Assembly: GCA_034521815.1 (NCBI GenBank)
Contig: JAXHLW010000012.1
Location: 126,953-190,952, forward strand
From: Trueperaceae bacterium
GTDB lineage: Bacteria; Deinococcota; Deinococci; Deinococcales; Trueperaceae
Direction: 5' to 3'
DNA: 64,000 bases
In this document: positions 17,933 through 27,562 of the stretch, one piece after another
How the letters are laid out: every line of letters starts with the position of its first letter
Numbering within the stretch: the stretch's first letter is position 1
Position numbers and translations under genes: made by a program
Notes under the pieces: model-generated
Told to the model about the DNA's origin: nothing
What the model saw: only the letters and a program-made list of their open reading frames with translations
Databases searched by the model: none

Positions 17933-18646
17933 CTAGCGGTACTCGGGGTTCGGATGGCCGACGAGGTGTGCGGTGCCCTCGGCACTGCGCTGGTTGCCGT
18001 GGGCAGGGATCCCGCCCGACGCCCGCAGCATCGTGGCCAGGTGGATCAGGTTCCAGCTCATGAACGTCACGTTGCGCTGGGTGAAGTCGTTCTCGGGGCC
18101 GCCCGAGCCCGGATCCAGGTAGGAGGGGCCCGGACCGGCCTCGCCGATCCAGCCGGCGTCCGCCTGCGGCGGGATCACGAAGCCGAGATGCTGCAGCGCG
18201 TACAGCAGGCTCATCGCGCTGTGCTTCACGCCGTCCTCGTTCCCGGTGATGATCGTTCCGGCGACCTTTCCGTAGTACACGTACTGGCCCTGCTCGTTCG
18301 TCAGGCCGGACATCGCGTAGAGACGCTCGACCACGCGGCGGATCACCGACGACGGCTCGCCCAGCCAGATGGGGGTGCCCAGGACCACGATGTCGGCGCC
18401 CTGAACCCGGTCCCAGATCGCGGGCCAGTCGTCGCGTGCCGCCCCGTGCTCGGTCATGTCCGGGTAGACGCCCGGCGCGATCTCGTGATCGACGGCGCGG
18501 AGCGTCTCGACCTCGACGCCGCCGCTCTGCAGCACGGCACGAGCGACGTTCATCAGCCCTTCGGTGTGCGACAGCGTGGGCGACGGCTTGAGGGTCCCGT
18601 TGACGAACAGGGCGCGGAGCGGACGGTCGGTCGAACGTTCGGTCAT
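17933..18646 (-). CDS. Flavodoxin / NADPH-dependent FMN reductase family protein
   Basis: NGTLKPSP..SHT, LGTPIWLG, TGNEDG. Confidence 0.9.
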   Translation of the reverse strand: MTERSTDRPLRALFVNGTLKPSPTLSHTEGLMNVARAVLQSGGVEVETLRAVDHEIAPGVYPDMTEHGAARDDWPAIWDRVQGADIVVLGTPIWLGEPSSVIRRVVERLYAMSGLTNEQGQYVYYGKVAGTIITGNEDGVKHSAMSLLYALQHLGFVIPPQADAGWIGEAGPGPSYLDPGSGGPENDFTQRNVTFMSWNLIHLATMLRASGGIPAHGNQRSAEGTAHLVGHPNPEYR

Positions 18647-19327
18647 GCGAGGTCTCCTTGGGGGTGGCGCCCATCTCGTGGACGTCGCTCCTCGGCCGGC
18701 AACGACGACTCGAGGTCGAGGAACAGGCGGGTCAGCACGGGATCGAACTGGCGTGCCGCGGCGCGCTGGATCTCATCTCGCGCGGCAGCGCGCGACCACG
18801 CCTCCTTGTACGGTCGAACGCTCGTGAGCGCGTCCCACACGTCGACGATCGTGAAGATGCGCGCTCCCAGCGGGATGGCGTCGCTCGCCAACCCGTCTGG
18901 ATAGCCGGTCCCGTCCCACCGCTCGTGATGATGACGGACGACCTCCAGCGTCTCGGCCGGCAACGACGGCACGTCGGCCAGCATCCGCACGCCGTCGGCG
19001 GCGTGCTCGCGGATGCGCTCACGCTCGCGATCGCTCAGGCGCCCCGGCTTGAGCAGGATCGCGTCGGCACCGGCGTAGCTTTCCGATGTCGTGCAGGTAG
19101 GCCCCCCAACGCACCGCGCGGCGCACCGAGCGATCGAGCCCCAGCCTTTCGGTGACGCGGTCCGTCCACGCGACGACGCGGTCGGTGTGGCCGCGGGTCT
19201 CGTAATCGCGAAGCTCCAACGCGCGGCCCAACGCCAGCACCGTGCCCTCGAACGTCTCGTGGATCTCGCGGACGCACCCCGCGTGCGCCCGCTCGATCGA
19301 GCGGCTGGCGTCCTTGGGGCGGGGCAT
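18643..19327 (-). pseudogene. Stand-alone HD-GYP protein, frameshifted near 19075
   Basis: RDYETRGHTDRV...LHDIGKL, then in a shifted frame DAILLKPG...HHERWDGTGYP; its stop overlaps the flavodoxin ATG. Confidence 0.82.
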
Positions 19328-19473
19328 CAGCGAGCGAAGCCAAGGAAGATCGATCAAAGCGTCACCCACCGCGCAGATCGCGCGGCCGCGACGACGCGGT
19401 TCGCTAGGGGCGCGACCGCCTGAAGGAATACCTGCATATCCACGAGTATTCGCGGCCCGGTCGCGGCCGTCGG

Positions 19474-20169
19474 TCAAGCGCCCGACGCGTCGCTCGGATC
19501 GTCTCGATACGGGGCCAGAACGGCCAGCGGCCCCGACCACAGGCGCGCGTCCAGGAAGTCGTCCACCACCGGCGAGGCGCCCAGCTCCGTCAGCGTTTCG
19601 GGTCGCTGCGTCGTCGCGAGCCCCACGACGGGCAGCCCGGCGCCGCGCGCCGACGTCACGCCGCTCGGGGAGTCCTCGAACGCCAGCGCACGGTCCGCCG
19701 GCACGCCCAGCCGGCTCAGCGTCTCGCGGTAGGGAGCGGGGTCGGGCTTGGGCGCCGCCGCCTCCTCGCCGAGGACGACCGCGTCGAACGCGTCCTCGAG
19801 CCCCAGCGCTCCCAGCATGAACACCGCGTTGTCGCGGGGGGCGTTCGTCACCAGCGCGGTCGCCAGGCCCGCGCGCCGCGCCGCCCGGAGCACCTCGTGC
19901 ACCCCGGGAAGCGGCTCGAGGCGGTCCGCGGCGGCGCGGAAGCGCGCCTCCTTGGCGCCCGCGAACGCGCGCCCCTCGTCGCGGCTCAGGTGCGGGAGCA
20001 GGTCGGCGACGATTTCCGGGTTGTGCCGACCGGACACCCGGCGCGCGTACGACGCCTCGTCCACCTCCACGCCGTGATCGGCGAGCGCCTCTCGCCAGGC
20101 GAGGAAGTGCAGCGGGTCGGTATGCGCCAGGGTTCCGTCGAGGTCGAACAGCAGGGCGGCCAGGTCCAT
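19474..20169 (-). CDS. HAD-superfamily phosphatase (beta-PGM/CbbY-like)
   Basis: FDLDGTL, VTNA, KPDP, FEDSPSG; TAGGCT-N6-ATG. Confidence 0.92.
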   Translation of the reverse strand: MDLAALLFDLDGTLAHTDPLHFLAWREALADHGVEVDEASYARRVSGRHNPEIVADLLPHLSRDEGRAFAGAKEARFRAAADRLEPLPGVHEVLRAARRAGLATALVTNAPRDNAVFMLGALGLEDAFDAVVLGEEAAAPKPDPAPYRETLSRLGVPADRALAFEDSPSGVTSARGAGLPVVGLATTQRPETLTELGASPVVDDFLDARLWSGPLAVLAPYRDDPSDASGA

Positions 20170-20216
20170 GGCGCGAGCCTACCGCTCGCCGCGGCGCGCG
20201 GCGGGCACGACCGCCG

Positions 20217-21128
20217 TCACGCGTCGCTCCGACGTTCTGCGGCGTGCGCGCGCAGCGGACGCGCAGCGTCCCCTCTCGCGGTGGTCGAACGGTCCTGGTC
20301 CCCTCGGGCGTCGCGCGCGCCGAGACGCCGCGCCAGCTCGGGTACCAGCGTGCCCAGCCGGGCGTGGCTCCGCACCGTCGCGTCGGCGTCTCCGCGCGTG
20401 GCGCCGTCGTTCACGATCGCGATCGGCTTGCCCTGCTCGCGGGCGCGCCGCACGAAGCGGTAGCCGCTGAAGACGGTCAGCGAGGAGCCGACGACCAGCA
20501 GCGCCTCGGCCTGATCCAGCATCGTCCAGGCGCGCTCCAGTCGGTCGCGCGGAACGTTCTCGCCGAAGAACACGACGTCGGGCTTGAGCACCCCGCCGCA
20601 GGCGAGGCAGGGCGGCACCCGGAAGCTGCGCGTCCAGGCGTCGGCGATCTCGACGTCGCCGTCCGGAGCGACGTCGCCGTCGCGAACGTGGAATCCGGGA
20701 TTCGCGGCGCCCAAGCGTTCCTGAAGCGTCGCCCTGGCGCTCCTGGCGCCGCACGCCAGGCAGATGACGCTGGACAGGCTGCCGTGCAGCTCCAGCACCC
20801 GTCGGCTGCCGCCGCGCTGGTGCAGCCCGTCGACGTTCTGCGTCAACACCCCGGTCGTGGCTCCGCGTCGTTCCAGCCGGGCCAGCGCCCCGTGCCCGCC
20901 GTTGGGGCGGGCCCGCGCCGTGAGCGGCCAGCCGATCGAGCTGCGCGCCCAGTAGCGCCGCCGCGCCTCTTCGTCACGCACGAACGTCTGGTAGGTCGTG
21001 GGGTTCCTGGTGCGGCTCGTCGGGCCGCGGTAGTCGGGAATGCCGGAGTCGGTGCTGATGCCGGCGCCCGACAGGACCAGCGTCCGCCGGGTCGCCAGCA
21101 GGTCCGTCAGGGCGTCTACGTCGGTCAC
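20217..21128 (-). CDS. NAD-dependent deacylase, Sir2 family (class II/SIRT4-like)
   Basis: GAGISTDSGIPDYRG, TQNVDGLH, HGS, two CxxC, KPDVVFFGE; TACGCT-N6-GTG. Confidence 0.93.
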   Translation of the reverse strand: MTDVDALTDLLATRRTLVLSGAGISTDSGIPDYRGPTSRTRNPTTYQTFVRDEEARRRYWARSSIGWPLTARARPNGGHGALARLERRGATTGVLTQNVDGLHQRGGSRRVLELHGSLSSVICLACGARSARATLQERLGAANPGFHVRDGDVAPDGDVEIADAWTRSFRVPPCLACGGVLKPDVVFFGENVPRDRLERAWTMLDQAEALLVVGSSLTVFSGYRFVRRAREQGKPIAIVNDGATRGDADATVRSHARLGTLVPELARRLGARDARGDQDRSTTARGDAARPLRAHAAERRSDA

Positions 21129-21201
21129 GGGGGCAGCGTACCGATCGACACGGTCCGTCGCGGGACCCGGGGGCACGATTGCGGGCCGCAGGCGACGACC
21201 G

Positions 21202-22038
21202 TCAGGGAGCCCGGTACGCCTCGAGCTCGACCAAGCCGGTGTTGCCGCCGGTCGAGTCGACGACCTCCAGGCGGAACGCCGACGTCGTCGCGTCGACCTC
21301 GAAGCGGTGCAGCCCGTTCGCGTCAGGCAGCTCGAACGGACCGAACGTAGCGCCGTCGTCGGTTCGGATCACGAACCGCTCGATGCGCGCGCTGGTCGCC
21401 ATGGTGCGGGTCCACACGCCCACGCCGGACAGGCGCGTCGATCCGGGCAAGCCGATCTCGAGCCAGGCGTCGTCGCCGTCGCCGCGCGACGACCACTCGC
21501 TGCCGCCGTCGCCGTCGACGGCGTTCTCGGCCGCGAAGCCGCTTGCGAAGGTGCTGCTGGCCGCCAGCGCCTGGAGGCCCTCGACGCGGGGCCCGAAGCG
21601 CTCGTCGGCCTGCTCGGGCGGGGTCCGGAACGCCTGCACCTCGGAGGCCAGCAGGCGACCGTCGGGAGCGCTTCCTTGCAGTCGGAACAGGTACTCGGTG
21701 TCCGGCTCGAGGTCCGTCAGAATCACGCGATGGTCCTGGTGGGCGCCGGCGCCCATCTGCTGATCCAGGGCCAGACCTCCGAAGCCGTCGTCCGGTCCGA
21801 ACACGACGGCGCACGCCAGGTCGATCGTCGTCGTCACCTCGAGCACGGCCGAGCGAGGACCCACCTCGGCCATCGCCAGCGGAGCTGACAGGAACGGCTC
21901 GACCGGCTCGACGGTGGGGAGCGGGGCGTCCTGGGCGAGCGCTGTGGAGAGCGCCGAGACGGAGGCCAGCGCCACCATCAGCGAGGCGAGAACGGCCGCG
22001 AGGCGGGTGGTGGACGGGCTGAACGGGGATACAGGCAT
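21202..22038 (-). CDS. Secreted protein with FN3-like and discoidin (F5/8 type C) domains
   Basis: Signal peptide; LTDLEPDTEYLFR (FN3); AENAVDGD..SEWSS...WLEI (F5/8C). Confidence 0.75.
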   Translation of the reverse strand: MPVSPFSPSTTRLAAVLASLMVALASVSALSTALAQDAPLPTVEPVEPFLSAPLAMAEVGPRSAVLEVTTTIDLACAVVFGPDDGFGGLALDQQMGAGAHQDHRVILTDLEPDTEYLFRLQGSAPDGRLLASEVQAFRTPPEQADERFGPRVEGLQALAASSTFASGFAAENAVDGDGGSEWSSRGDGDDAWLEIGLPGSTRLSGVGVWTRTMATSARIERFVIRTDDGATFGPFELPDANGLHRFEVDATTSAFRLEVVDSTGGNTGLVELEAYRAP

Positions 22039-22142
22039 GCTCTCAGCGTGCCCCCGGCCGCATCGGCCGTCGGTCGTCTTGGCGACGCGCCCGCCCGGCG
22101 CACGCGCGGCGGCTCGCGCACGGGTGCGCGTCCGTACAGCCT

Positions 22143-22949
22143 TCAGCCCAGCGCGACGTCCAGCGACAGCATGACGGCGAGGCCGACCATCGTGCCCAGC
22201 GTCGCGACGCGCTCGTGGCCACGAGCGTGCGTCTCGGGAACGATCTCGTCGAGGATCACGTACAGCATCGCGCCGGCGGCGAAGCCCATCGCGTACGGCA
22301 GGGCGGGCTGGGCGATGGTGACCGCCCAGGCGCCGAACACGGCGAGGGGAATCTCGACGGCGCCGGCGCGGGCGCCGACGAACGCGGCGTACCAGAGCCC
22401 ACCCAGTCCGGCGTTGCGCGCGGCGATGGCGACGGCGAACCCCTCGGGAACGTTCTGCAGGCCGATGGCCAGCATCAGCGCCACCGCCTCGGGGATGCGC
22501 CCCGAGCCGAACCCCACGCCCACCGCGAGGCCCTCGGGCATGTTGTGGAGGGTGATCGCGACGATGAACAGGATCACCGAGGCCATGCGGCCTTGACCGC
22601 CGGGCGCCGCGTCGTCCCGCCGTCGTCCGGTCACCAGCACGTGCACGTGCGGCACCCAGGCGTCCGCGCGGTCCAGGAACGCCACGCCCAGCGCGATACC
22701 GATGATCACCGGGACCAGGCCGCCGATCTCGATGCCGGGCAGGATCAAGCTCGTGAAGCTGGCCGCCAGCATCACGCCCGCCGCGAAGCCCAGCGCCGCG
22801 TCCAGCTGGCGCGACGTCGGGTTGCGCCACGGCACGATCGCCAGGGCGCCGATCAGGTTGAAGGTGGTGATGACGATGCCGGCCAGCAGGCCGAGCAGCA
22901 CCGGGTGGGTGCCGAGGTTCGCGGTGATCCAGCTCTCGAGTCCGGTCAC
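22143..22949 (-). CDS. ZIP-family (ZupT/GufA) metal transporter
   Basis: HNMPEGLAVG, QNVPEG, FAAGAMLYV..EIVPE. Confidence 0.92.
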   Translation of the reverse strand: MTGLESWITANLGTHPVLLGLLAGIVITTFNLIGALAIVPWRNPTSRQLDAALGFAAGVMLAASFTSLILPGIEIGGLVPVIIGIALGVAFLDRADAWVPHVHVLVTGRRRDDAAPGGQGRMASVILFIVAITLHNMPEGLAVGVGFGSGRIPEAVALMLAIGLQNVPEGFAVAIAARNAGLGGLWYAAFVGARAGAVEIPLAVFGAWAVTIAQPALPYAMGFAAGAMLYVILDEIVPETHARGHERVATLGTMVGLAVMLSLDVALG

Positions 22950-22962
22950 GTCTCGAGTCCGG

Positions 22963-23664
22963 TCACGGCAGCTGGTCGCGCAGGCGAGCGCTGGGCAGCG
23001 GCTCGCCACGGACGCGCTCCGCGAGGTCGCGCGACAGGGCGCAGGCGCGCCCGTCGACCTCGAGCTGGACGATCCCGCCCAGCGGCTCGCGGCCGGTGAC
23101 GCGCACCGTGGCGCCGGGCTCGATGCCCAGCGAGGCGAGGTGCTCCAGCACGGCGCCGTCCTGGCTCAGCAGCCGCGCGACGCGCAGCTGGGCGCCACGC
23201 TCGACGTCCGTGAGCGGGTCGTCCGGCGTCGGGGGGACGGTGCCGTCGGCCCGGGGAATCGGGTCGCCGTGAGGATCGTGGCTGGGGTGGCCGAGGAGGT
23301 CGGCGAGGCGCTCCGCGAAGCGGTCGCTGACGGCGTGCTCCAACGCTTCCGCCTCGTCGTGGACCTCGTCCCAGCGGTAGCCGAGGTCGCGGATCATGAA
23401 CGTCTCGATCAGCCTGTGCCGGCGGATCAGCCGGAGCGCCTCGTGGCGGCCGGTCTCGGTCAGCGTGGCGCCGCGATAGCGGACGTGCTCGACCAGGCCG
23501 GCCTCGTCCAGGCGCGCCAGCATGCCCGACACCGAGGCGGGGGTGAAGCCCAGCCGTCCGGCGATCGCGTTGGTGGACGCCTTGCCTTCGCGGGTGAGGC
23601 TCCAGATCGCCTTGAGGTAGTCGCCGGCGGCGTCACTGACGGGGGCGGAAAGCGGTTTCGCCAT
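22963..23664 (-). CDS. mntR: DtxR/MntR-family metal-dependent repressor with a FeoA domain
   Basis: DYLKAIW, RRHRLIETF, EAEALEHA, DPHGDPIP, C-terminal FeoA-like domain. Confidence 0.92.
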   Translation of the reverse strand: MAKPLSAPVSDAAGDYLKAIWSLTREGKASTNAIAGRLGFTPASVSGMLARLDEAGLVEHVRYRGATLTETGRHEALRLIRRHRLIETFMIRDLGYRWDEVHDEAEALEHAVSDRFAERLADLLGHPSHDPHGDPIPRADGTVPPTPDDPLTDVERGAQLRVARLLSQDGAVLEHLASLGIEPGATVRVTGREPLGGIVQLEVDGRACALSRDLAERVRGEPLPSARLRDQLP

Positions 23665-23672
23665 GACGAAAC
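23655..23672. promoter_or_regulatory. 18-bp palindrome over the mntR start codon (putative autoregulatory operator)
   Basis: GTTTCGCCATGACGAAAC, 16/18 self-complementary; TAAACT -10 at 23680-23675. Confidence 0.65.
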
Positions 23673-23749
23673 TCAGTTTACGCCCGGCCATAGCGGTCGT
23701 CAATCGCCGACGTCCGCGGGCTCGATGTCCGCCTAGGCGGCGGCCTCCG

Positions 23750-25240
23750 CTACTGCCCTTGCGCCTGCGAGAAGCCCTGCTCGCCGTCGAACGTGTACAG
23801 GTTCTCCGTCTTGATCACGTCCACGCCGGCGTCCACCAGCCGCGCCAACAGGTCGACCACCGCGCGAGCGGCGACCGGTCCGCCGTCCGCCGCCAGGAAG
23901 CGGCAGCGCCAGTGGTCGGTCTTGAACGTCTCGGGCAGCCCCTCGGGCCACACCTTCACGCCGCGGTTCGTGATCACCGTCAGCTCGAACGGTCCCTGGT
24001 GGGGCGTCAGCATGCCGGCCAGCACCTCGGGTGCGCGGTCCGCCTCGCGCCAGTCCGCGAACACGTCGACCCCCAGGAGCTCCTTGCGCTGCGGGACGCG
24101 CGGCGTGGCGGTCGGCACCTTCGGTACCGGGCGTCCCGCGTAGCGCGCAGGCGTCAGGTGGCGCGGCTCCTCGCCCAGGCGCTCCACGACCGCCTCGGTG
24201 AAGCCGACCGTGTTCACGCGCTCCTTGGTGGTGCCCTCGCGGTAGATGTCGCCGGTGTGCACGCCCGCCTCGAGGGTCGAGAGCCAGGCGTTGTGGACCC
24301 GCTCGGCCACCTCGTTCTGCCCCAGGTGCTGCAGCATCAGCACGCCGGCCAGCAGCAGCCCCGACGGGTTCGCGATGCCGCGGCCCGCGATGTCGGGCGC
24401 CGAGCCGTGGATCGCCTCGAACAGCGAGACGTGCTCCCCGACGTTCGCGGACGGCGCCAGCCCGACCGAGCCGGTCAGCTGGGCGGTGATGTCGCTGACG
24501 ATGTCGCCGTACAGGTTCGTGGTGACGATGACGTCGAACGCCTCGGGCGTGTCCGCCAGCCGCGCGGCACCGATGTCGACGATCATCTGATCGTGCTCGA
24601 TGTCGGGGTACTCCTCGGCGACCTCCTCGAACACGCGCGCGAAGAGGCCGTCGGTGAGCTTCATGATGTTGTCCTTCACCAGCGCCGTCACCTTGGCGCG
24701 GCCCTGCGCGCGCGCCTCCTCGAACGCGAAGCGCACGATCTTCTCGCTGCCGGGCCGGCTGATCAGCTTCAGGCACTGCACCACCTCGTCGGTCTGGCGG
24801 TGCTCGATGCCGGCGTAGAGATCCTCCTCGTTCTCGCGGATCACCAGCACGTCCATGGTCGGATGGCGGGTGTCGACGAACGGGTGGTACGCCACGGCCG
24901 GACGCACGTTCGCGAACAGCCCCAGGCTCTTGCGCAGCGTCACGTTCAGGCTCTTGTAGCCGCCACCGCGCGGCGTGGTGATCGGTGCCTTGAGCAGCAC
25001 CCCGCGGTCCTGCAGGACGTCCCAGGCCGAAGGATCGATGCCCGAGGGCACGCCCGCTTCGTACACCGACTTGCCCAGCCGGACCTCGGCGATGTCGAGG
25101 TCCGCGCCGGCCGCCTCCAGGATCTGCAGCGTCGCGGTCATGATCTCGGGGCCGATCCCGTCGCCTCGGGCGACGGCGATGCGGGTTCGAACGGGGGTCG
25201 TGGTCGGACTCGTGGTCGACTTCGGGGTCGGATCGGACAT
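23750..25240 (-). CDS. icd: NADP-dependent isocitrate dehydrogenase (Thermus-type, extended C-terminus)
   Basis: GDGIGPEI, LKAPITTP.GGGYKSLNV, RENEEDLY, KDNIMK, NLYGDIVSD, FEAIHGSAPDIAG. Confidence 0.95.
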   Translation of the reverse strand: MSDPTPKSTTSPTTTPVRTRIAVARGDGIGPEIMTATLQILEAAGADLDIAEVRLGKSVYEAGVPSGIDPSAWDVLQDRGVLLKAPITTPRGGGYKSLNVTLRKSLGLFANVRPAVAYHPFVDTRHPTMDVLVIRENEEDLYAGIEHRQTDEVVQCLKLISRPGSEKIVRFAFEEARAQGRAKVTALVKDNIMKLTDGLFARVFEEVAEEYPDIEHDQMIVDIGAARLADTPEAFDVIVTTNLYGDIVSDITAQLTGSVGLAPSANVGEHVSLFEAIHGSAPDIAGRGIANPSGLLLAGVLMLQHLGQNEVAERVHNAWLSTLEAGVHTGDIYREGTTKERVNTVGFTEAVVERLGEEPRHLTPARYAGRPVPKVPTATPRVPQRKELLGVDVFADWREADRAPEVLAGMLTPHQGPFELTVITNRGVKVWPEGLPETFKTDHWRCRFLAADGGPVAARAVVDLLARLVDAGVDVIKTENLYTFDGEQGFSQAQGQ

Positions 25241-25343
25241 GGGCGCCTCCCAGCGAACGGTCGCGTTCAGCGACCGCGAGGTGTCGCGTCAAGATACAAG
25301 AAGCGCGGCCGCGACGCCGTGCCGCCCGGACCGCGCGCGTCGG

Positions 25344-25733
25344 TCAGCGACCGGCCGCCCAGCCTGCCAGCACCGCGACGCCAGCCAGGATCAAGGTGCC
25401 GGCCAGGTACAGCAGGCCCTGGCCCGGGCGCCCGTGCGTCAGAAGACCGTGCGCGTCCAGTCCGAACGTCGAGAAGGTCGTCAGCGCGCCCAACAGGCCG
25501 GTCCCCAGGAACAGCCGCACGGTCGGGCTGACCACGCCGCGGGACGCGTCCGCCGACAGGAGCCAGGCCAGCGCGAACGTGCCGACCACGTTCACGATCA
25601 CGGTGCCGATCGGGAAGCCGGCCCAGGCGCCCTGACCGGTCAGGCGCAGCGCGGTCACCGACACCGCCCAACGCAGCACCGCGCCCACGGCACCGCCCGC
25701 GGCGACGGCGCCCACGGCCCCCAGCGTCGTCAC
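25344..25733 (-). CDS. crcB: Fluoride channel Fluc/CrcB
   Basis: GGAVGAVLRW, FPIGTVIVNV, TGLLGALTTFSTF. Confidence 0.9.
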   Translation of the reverse strand: MTTLGAVGAVAAGGAVGAVLRWAVSVTALRLTGQGAWAGFPIGTVIVNVVGTFALAWLLSADASRGVVSPTVRLFLGTGLLGALTTFSTFGLDAHGLLTHGRPGQGLLYLAGTLILAGVAVLAGWAAGR

Positions 25734-25918
25734 GCGGAGCGCCTCGACGGCGAGCGACGCGAGGGACGCGAGGGACGTGAGGGACGCGAGGGACGGTCCA
25801 GCGACGTGGCGAGCGAAGGCCGGATCACGCCGTGACGCTAGCATGCGCTCGCTGGCCGGGCATCGAGCGAGGAACGCCGACCACGGTCGTGCAGGCGCTG
25901 GGATCGGTACGATGCGTC

Positions 25919-27502
25919 GTGGCCCAAGGTGCGTCCCTCGAGGCGTTGCGCGATACGTTCGAACGACAACGGTACGCTGAAGCGCTGCGCGACGCGGAGC
26001 GCGCCCTGGACTGGTCGGACGCCTGTTCCGACGAGGTGCGCGAGCTGCACCGGATCGCGTTGCGGTCCGCGTTCTACCTGGGCGATACGGAGCTGGCCCA
26101 GCGGCACGCGATGGCCGGCCTGCGCGTGGCGCGCGAGCGGAACGACCTTCCCGCGATGGCTCAGGCGCACAACGACCTCGCCACGCTGTTCGGCGCGGCG
26201 ATGCTGACCAGCGAGGCGCTCGAACACCTGTGGCAGTCGGTGCACCTGCGTCAGCGAGCTGGTCAGGAGGTCGACGCCGCCACGCTGAACAACCTCGCGA
26301 ACGTGTACCTGAGTCTTGGACAGCACGACGAGGCGATCGGTCTGTTGGACCGCGCCATCGACCGGTTCCGTGCCCACGGCGACGAGGCGAGCGTGGCGCT
26401 GGCGCTGGCCAACTCCGGCCGCGCGCAGGTGCTGGCCGGCCGGGCGTCGTGGTCGATCGCGCCGCTCGATACCGCTCTCGAGACGTTCGAGCGGCTGGGC
26501 CGGCACGGCGACGTCGCGACGACGCTGGCCAAGCTGGGCGTCGCGCACGGTGCGGCTGGAACGCCCGAGCGGGCGCGCCACTCGTTCGAGCGTGCGCTGG
26601 CCCTGCACGAAGGCGGGCACGCCGCGGTGTTCGCGCGAGAAACGCATCAGGGCTACGGATCGTGGGCGCTGGAGGCCGGCGAGGCCCCGTTGGCGCTGGA
26701 GCAGCTGAGCGCGGCAGCAGCTGCGTACGACGATGCCGACGCGCTCGCCAGGTCCGGCGTGATGGAGCCGTTGTCGCGCGCGCTCGAGGCGGTCGGTCGT
26801 CCTCAGGACGCGCTCGCCGCGTTGCGGCGACACGTCGAGGGGCAGGCCTCGCTGGCCTCGGCCACCAACGACGCCAGGGTCAGGGTCCGTCTGCTGGAGC
26901 TGGAGCTCGGCGTGGCCGGCGAGCAGGAGATCGCCCAGCTGCACGCCCTGGAGCTCACGCGCACCAACAGGGAGCTGCGAAGCGAAGCCCAGCGGCTGGA
27001 ACAGCTCAGCCTGACCGACCGCCTGACCGCCCTGCCCAACCGTCGCGACCTGGACGCGCGACTGGACGCCGAGGTCGAGCGCTCGCACCGACACGACCGG
27101 CCGCTGGTCCTGGCGCTTCTCGATCTCGATCAGTTCAAGGCGGTGAACGATCGCTTCAGCCACGACGTCGGGGATCAGGTGCTCGTTCGCGTCGGACGAC
27201 TGCTGCGCGAGCATCTCCGCGCGAACGACGTCGCGGCGCGTTGGGGCGGCGAGGAGTTCGCGCTGCTCCTGCCCGAGACCGACATGGACGAGGCGGCGGT
27301 GGTGTTGGAGCGTGTGCGATCGGTCGTGGCCGATGCGGACTGGAGCGTGATCGCCGACGGGTTGAGCGTGACGGTCAGCATCGGAGCGGCGTCGCTCGCG
27401 CCGGGGAGCGGTGCCGCCGACATGCTGCGACAGGCCGATCGGCGGCTCTACGCGGCCAAGGACGCGGGTCGCGACCGGATCGTCGCGAACGCGCCCACCT
27501 GA
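25919..27502 (+). CDS. TPR-repeat diguanylate cyclase
   Basis: TPR-like helices (LNNLANVY), TDRLTALPNRR, RAND I-site, RWGGEEF; TACGAT-N5-GTG used for the start. Confidence 0.9.
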   Translation: MAQGASLEALRDTFERQRYAEALRDAERALDWSDACSDEVRELHRIALRSAFYLGDTELAQRHAMAGLRVARERNDLPAMAQAHNDLATLFGAAMLTSEALEHLWQSVHLRQRAGQEVDAATLNNLANVYLSLGQHDEAIGLLDRAIDRFRAHGDEASVALALANSGRAQVLAGRASWSIAPLDTALETFERLGRHGDVATTLAKLGVAHGAAGTPERARHSFERALALHEGGHAAVFARETHQGYGSWALEAGEAPLALEQLSAAAAAYDDADALARSGVMEPLSRALEAVGRPQDALAALRRHVEGQASLASATNDARVRVRLLELELGVAGEQEIAQLHALELTRTNRELRSEAQRLEQLSLTDRLTALPNRRDLDARLDAEVERSHRHDRPLVLALLDLDQFKAVNDRFSHDVGDQVLVRVGRLLREHLRANDVAARWGGEEFALLLPETDMDEAAVVLERVRSVVADADWSVIADGLSVTVSIGAASLAPGSGAADMLRQADRRLYAAKDAGRDRIVANAPT

Positions 27503-27562
27503 ACGGTCCGCACGGTCGCCCAGGGCAGCACCGAGCCTCCACGCGGAGCGCCGACCGGGCAG

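Noticed and set aside
19345-19470. c-di-GMP riboswitch upstream of the HD-GYP gene
   Set aside because: Only a GAATAC...GTATTC inverted repeat; class I/II consensus elements are not recognisable
20217-21128. Sir2 protein as a defence NADase (Thoeris/DSR type)
   Set aside because: It has the Zn-binding CxxC pairs and motifs of a housekeeping class II sirtuin, with no defence partners
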